DNA of 64,000 nucleotides from Escherichia coli (GTDB lineage Bacteria; Pseudomonadota; Gammaproteobacteria; Enterobacterales; Enterobacteriaceae): NCBI RefSeq assembly GCF_044324875.1, contig NZ_CP172185.1; one strand, 5' to 3'. Shown piece by piece: positions 60,183 to 64,000 of this stretch (position 1 is its first letter; each line of letters starts with the position of its first letter). The notes under the pieces were generated by a model. It saw only the letters and a program-made list of their open reading frames with translations, ran no database searches and was not told where the DNA came from. The position numbers and the translations under genes were made by a program.

Positions 60183-61565
60183 ATGAAGAGTGAAGTGTTG
60201 TCCGTTAAAGAGAAAATTGGTTATGGCATGGGAGACGCCGCCAGCCACATTATTTTCGATAACGTAATGTTATATATGATGTTCTTTTATACCGATATTT
60301 TTGGCATTCCTGCCGGATTTGTCGGAACTATGTTTTTGGTCGCTCGTGCACTGGATGCGATTTCCGATCCTTGCATGGGGTTGTTGGCCGATCGAGCGCG
60401 CTCTCGCTGGGGTAAATTTCGTCCGTGGGTACTGTTTGGCGCACTGCCATTTGGGATCGTCTGTGTACTGGCCTATAGCACGCCAGATCTCAGTATGAAC
60501 GGAAAAATGATTTATGCAGCAATTACTTACACCCTACTTACCTTACTTTATACCATCGTTAATATCCCTTACTGCGCATTGGGTGGTGTAATCACCAATG
60601 ACCCGACTCAGCGTATCTCGCTGCAATCCTGGCGTTTTGTGCTGGCGACCGCGGGAGGCATGCTCTCTACTGTGCTGATGATGCCGCTGGTTAATTTAAT
60701 TGGTGGTGATAATAAACCACTCGGTTTCCAGGGCGGTATCGCGGTCCTTTCCGTGGTGGCATTCATGATGCTGGCATTTTGTTTCTTTACCACTAAAGAA
60801 CGCGTTGAAGCACCACCTACAACGACGTCTATGCGGGAAGATTTACGTGATATCTGGCAAAACGATCAGTGGCGGATTGTCGGTTTACTGACCATTTTCA
60901 ATATTCTGGCGGTGTGCGTACGCGGCGGGGCGATGATGTATTACGTCACATGGATTTTGGGTACGCCGGAAGTGTTTGTCGCTTTTCTTACCACTTATTG
61001 CGTGGGTAACCTGATTGGTTCCGCACTGGCGAAACCGCTGACCGACTGGAAATGTAAAGTCACTATCTTCTGGTGGACGAACGCCCTGCTGGCAGTGATT
61101 AGCCTCGCGATGTTCTTTGTTCCTATGCAGGCCAGCATCACTATGTTTGTCTTCATCTTCGTGATTGGTGTGTTGCATCAACTGGTGACACCTATCCAGT
61201 GGGTAATGATGTCCGATACCGTCGACTACGGCGAGTGGTGCAATGGTAAACGCCTGACCGGGATCAGTTTTGCTGGCACGCTGTTTGTGCTCAAGCTGGG
61301 GTTGGCCTTCGGCGGCGCTCTTATCGGCTGGATGCTGGCTTATGGCGGATATGATGCGGCAGAAAAAGCGCAGAACAGCGCCACGATTAGCATCATTATC
61401 GCGCTATTCACGATTGTTCCGGCGATCTGTTATTTGCTGAGCGCGATTATCGCTAAACGCTACTACTCACTCACGACGCACAATCTGAAAACCGTTATGG
61501 AACAGCTGGCTCAGGGCAAACGCCGTTGCCAGCAACAATTCACCTCTCAAAATGTGCAGAACTAA
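60183..61565 (+). CDS. yicJ: GPH-family sugar:cation symporter YicJ
   Basis: 460 aa from MKSEVLSVKEKIGYGMGD; the track ORF has a 19-codon upstream extension. Confidence 0.9.
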   Translation: MKSEVLSVKEKIGYGMGDAASHIIFDNVMLYMMFFYTDIFGIPAGFVGTMFLVARALDAISDPCMGLLADRARSRWGKFRPWVLFGALPFGIVCVLAYSTPDLSMNGKMIYAAITYTLLTLLYTIVNIPYCALGGVITNDPTQRISLQSWRFVLATAGGMLSTVLMMPLVNLIGGDNKPLGFQGGIAVLSVVAFMMLAFCFFTTKERVEAPPTTTSMREDLRDIWQNDQWRIVGLLTIFNILAVCVRGGAMMYYVTWILGTPEVFVAFLTTYCVGNLIGSALAKPLTDWKCKVTIFWWTNALLAVISLAMFFVPMQASITMFVFIFVIGVLHQLVTPIQWVMMSDTVDYGEWCNGKRLTGISFAGTLFVLKLGLAFGGALIGWMLAYGGYDAAEKAQNSATISIIIALFTIVPAICYLLSAIIAKRYYSLTTHNLKTVMEQLAQGKRRCQQQFTSQNVQN

Positions 61566-61574
61566 GGAACGGCA

Positions 61575-63893
61575 ATGAAAATTAGCGACGGAAACTGGTT
61601 GATTCAACCTGGCCTCAATTTGATTCACCCGCTTCAGGTGTTCGAGGTTGAACAGCAGGGTAATGAAATGGTGGTCTATGCTGCCCCTCGTGATGTGCGT
61701 GAACGTACCTGGCAGCTTGATACGCCTTTATTTACGCTGCGCTTTTTCTCCCCACAGGAAGGTATTGTCGGTGTACGGATTGAGCATTTTCAGGGGGCGC
61801 TGAATAACGGTCCTCATTACCCGCTCAATATTTTGCAGGACGTGAAGGTCACAATCGAAAACACAGAACGTTACGCTGAGTTTAAAAGTGGCAACTTAAG
61901 TGCGCGTGTCAGCAAAGGTGAGTTCTGGTCACTGGATTTTCTGCGTAACGGCGAACGTATTACCGGTAGTCAGGTGAAAAATAATGGCTACGTGCAGGAC
62001 ACGAATAATCAACGAAATTATATGTTTGAGCGGCTGGATCTTGGCGTTGGCGAAACAGTTTACGGTCTGGGAGAGCGCTTTACTGCGCTGGTGCGCAATG
62101 GCCAGACGGTAGAGACCTGGAACCGGGACGGCGGCACAAGTACTGAACAGGCGTATAAAAATATCCCGTTCTATATGACTAACCGTGGCTATGGGGTACT
62201 GGTCAATCATCCTCAATGCGTCTCTTTTGAAGTGGGATCGGAGAAAGTCTCCAAAGTGCAGTTCAGCGTTGAGAGTGAATATCTCGAATACTTTGTTATC
62301 GACGGCCCGACGCCGAAAGCGGTACTTGATCGTTATACCCGTTTTACTGGTCGTCCGGCGCTGCCGCCCGCGTGGTCCTTCGGCCTGTGGCTAACCACTT
62401 CATTTACCACCAACTACGACGAAGCGACGGTAAACAGTTTTATCGATGGTATGGCGGAACGCAATCTGCCACTGCATGTTTTCCACTTTGACTGTTTCTG
62501 GATGAAAGCCTTCCAGTGGTGCGATTTTGAGTGGGACCCGCTGACTTTCCCGGACCCGGAAGGGATGATCCGCCGCCTGAAAGCGAAAGGGCTAAAAATC
62601 TGCGTCTGGATTAACCCCTATATCGGGCAAAAATCCCCTGTCTTTAAAGAGTTACAAGAGAAAGGCTATTTACTCAAACGCCCGGACGGTTCGTTATGGC
62701 AGTGGGATAAATGGCAGCCAGGTCTGGCGATTTATGACTTTACCAATCCGGATGCCTGCAAATGGTACGCCGACAAACTGAAAGGTCTGGTCGCGATGGG
62801 CGTTGATTGCTTTAAGACCGACTTTGGCGAACGTATTCCAACCGATGTTCAGTGGTTTGACGGTTCCGATCCGCAGAAAATGCATAACCATTATGCGTAC
62901 ATCTACAACGAACTGGTGTGGAAAGTGCTCAAGGAAACCGTTGGCGAGGAAGAAGCCGTCTTGTTTGCTCGCTCGGCCTCCGTTGGTGCGCAGAAATTCC
63001 CGGTACACTGGGGTGGTGACTGTTACGCTAACTACGAATCAATGGCGGAAAGCCTGCGCGGTGGTTTGTCTATTGGCCTTTCAGGTTTTGGTTTCTGGAG
63101 CCACGATATCGGCGGCTTTGAGAATACCGCGCCGGCGCACGTTTACAAACGCTGGTGCGCGTTTGGTTTGCTCTCCAGCCATAGCCGTTTACACGGCAGC
63201 AAATCTTATCGTGTGCCGTGGGCCTACGATGATGAGTCCTGTGATGTGGTGCGCTTCTTCACGCAACTGAAATGCCGCATGATGCCGTATCTGTATCGTG
63301 AAGCTGCTCGTGCGAACGCGCGGGGTACGCCGATGATGCGGGCCATGATGATGGAGTTTCCGGACGATCCGGCTTGTGATTACCTTGACCGTCAATACAT
63401 GTTAGGCGACAACGTGATGGTTGCGCCTGTGTTCACTGAATCGGGCGATGTGCAGTTCTACTTGCCTGAAGGTCGCTGGACACACCTGTGGCACAACGAT
63501 GAACTCGATGGTAGTCGCTGGCATAAACAGCAGCACAGCTTCCTGAGTCTGCCCGTTTATGTGCGTGATAACACCCTACTGGCGCTGGGCAACAACGAGC
63601 AACGTCCCGATTACGCGTGGCACGAAGGCACGGCATTCCAGCTCTTTAATCTACAAGACGGGCATGAAGCCATCTGTGAAGTGCCCGCTGCTGACGGTTC
63701 CGTTCTTTTCACCCTGAAAGCGGCGCGTACTGGCAACACGATTACTGTGACTGGTGCGGGCGAGGCGAAGAACTGGACACTGTGCTTGCGCAATATTGTG
63801 AAAGTAAATGGTCTGCAAGGTGGTTCGCAGGCTGAAAGTGAGCAGGGACTGGTGGTGACTCCTCAAGGGAATGCGCTGACAATTACGTTGTAA
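61575..63893 (+). CDS. yicI: alpha-xylosidase YicI (GH31)
   Basis: 772 aa; K-12 synteny yicJ-yicI. Confidence 0.95.
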   Translation: MKISDGNWLIQPGLNLIHPLQVFEVEQQGNEMVVYAAPRDVRERTWQLDTPLFTLRFFSPQEGIVGVRIEHFQGALNNGPHYPLNILQDVKVTIENTERYAEFKSGNLSARVSKGEFWSLDFLRNGERITGSQVKNNGYVQDTNNQRNYMFERLDLGVGETVYGLGERFTALVRNGQTVETWNRDGGTSTEQAYKNIPFYMTNRGYGVLVNHPQCVSFEVGSEKVSKVQFSVESEYLEYFVIDGPTPKAVLDRYTRFTGRPALPPAWSFGLWLTTSFTTNYDEATVNSFIDGMAERNLPLHVFHFDCFWMKAFQWCDFEWDPLTFPDPEGMIRRLKAKGLKICVWINPYIGQKSPVFKELQEKGYLLKRPDGSLWQWDKWQPGLAIYDFTNPDACKWYADKLKGLVAMGVDCFKTDFGERIPTDVQWFDGSDPQKMHNHYAYIYNELVWKVLKETVGEEEAVLFARSASVGAQKFPVHWGGDCYANYESMAESLRGGLSIGLSGFGFWSHDIGGFENTAPAHVYKRWCAFGLLSSHSRLHGSKSYRVPWAYDDESCDVVRFFTQLKCRMMPYLYREAARANARGTPMMRAMMMEFPDDPACDYLDRQYMLGDNVMVAPVFTESGDVQFYLPEGRWTHLWHNDELDGSRWHKQQHSFLSLPVYVRDNTLLALGNNEQRPDYAWHEGTAFQLFNLQDGHEAICEVPAADGSVLFTLKAARTGNTITVTGAGEAKNWTLCLRNIVKVNGLQGGSQAESEQGLVVTPQGNALTITL

Positions 63894-63907
63894 TCTATTG
63901 AAGAATG

Positions 63908-63938
63908 CCGGATACGAATGGTTTTGTGTCGTATCCGG
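63908..63938 (+). terminator. perfect 10-bp stem hairpin downstream of yicI (possible terminator or REP-like element)
   Basis: CCGGATACGA - 11-nt loop - TCGTATCCGG; no U-tract follows. Confidence 0.3.
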
Positions 63939-64000
63939 TAAATAATCTCACATCTGGTAATAAATATTTCTTCCATCGTATTTGCGAGCATGATCACGAT

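Overview
This window covers the selC tRNA locus of an Escherichia/Shigella-type chromosome, in reverse orientation relative to E. coli K-12. Core genes are yicS, nlpA, yicL and setC (4.2-7.7 kb) and selC, yicJ and yicI (59.8-63.9 kb). Between setC and selC sits a genomic island of about 51.4 kb (8348-59819), bounded by 39-bp imperfect direct repeats that include the 3' end of selC, with a P4-type tyrosine integrase next to selC. From the selC-distal end the island carries: (i) a CP4-44/CP4-57-like module (DUF4942-like, yeeW-like, DUF5983-like, CbtA/CbeA toxin-antitoxin, YeeT, RadC-like, antirestriction, DUF932, DUF905-like, lipoprotein, YeeR-like membrane protein, Ag43 truncated by an IS3-family element, YeeP-like GTPase); (ii) a DUF3987/AlpA module; (iii) an IS21-family element; (iv) a small cluster of Cys-rich proteins I cannot place; (v) IS100, a degraded aldo-keto reductase/MFS pair, IS2 and IS3-family and Tn3-family remnants; (vi) a seven-gene fructooligosaccharide/sucrose-type locus with two GH32 enzymes, which by gene order and content I recall as the fos locus of the selC island AGI-3 of avian pathogenic E. 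coli; (vii) a nested IS5/IS1/IS66 graveyard; (viii) a GH31 glycosidase-MFS-LacI cluster; (ix) a TPR-like orphan gene. Left of yicS (1-3881) is a separate AT-rich accessory module encoding type III secretion translocators and their chaperone (SicA/SipB/SipC-like), with no secretion apparatus genes in the window. The island looks like a known type rather than a wholly new system; the parts I cannot explain are the Cys-rich cluster, the TPR orphan, the truncated ORF beside the Tn3 end, and a 1.1 kb ORF-free region. No rRNA genes or CRISPR arrays were seen. All calls come from reading the sequence and the supplied ORF translations against remembered protein families; no database search was run, and coordinates of IS ends are approximate to within a few bp.
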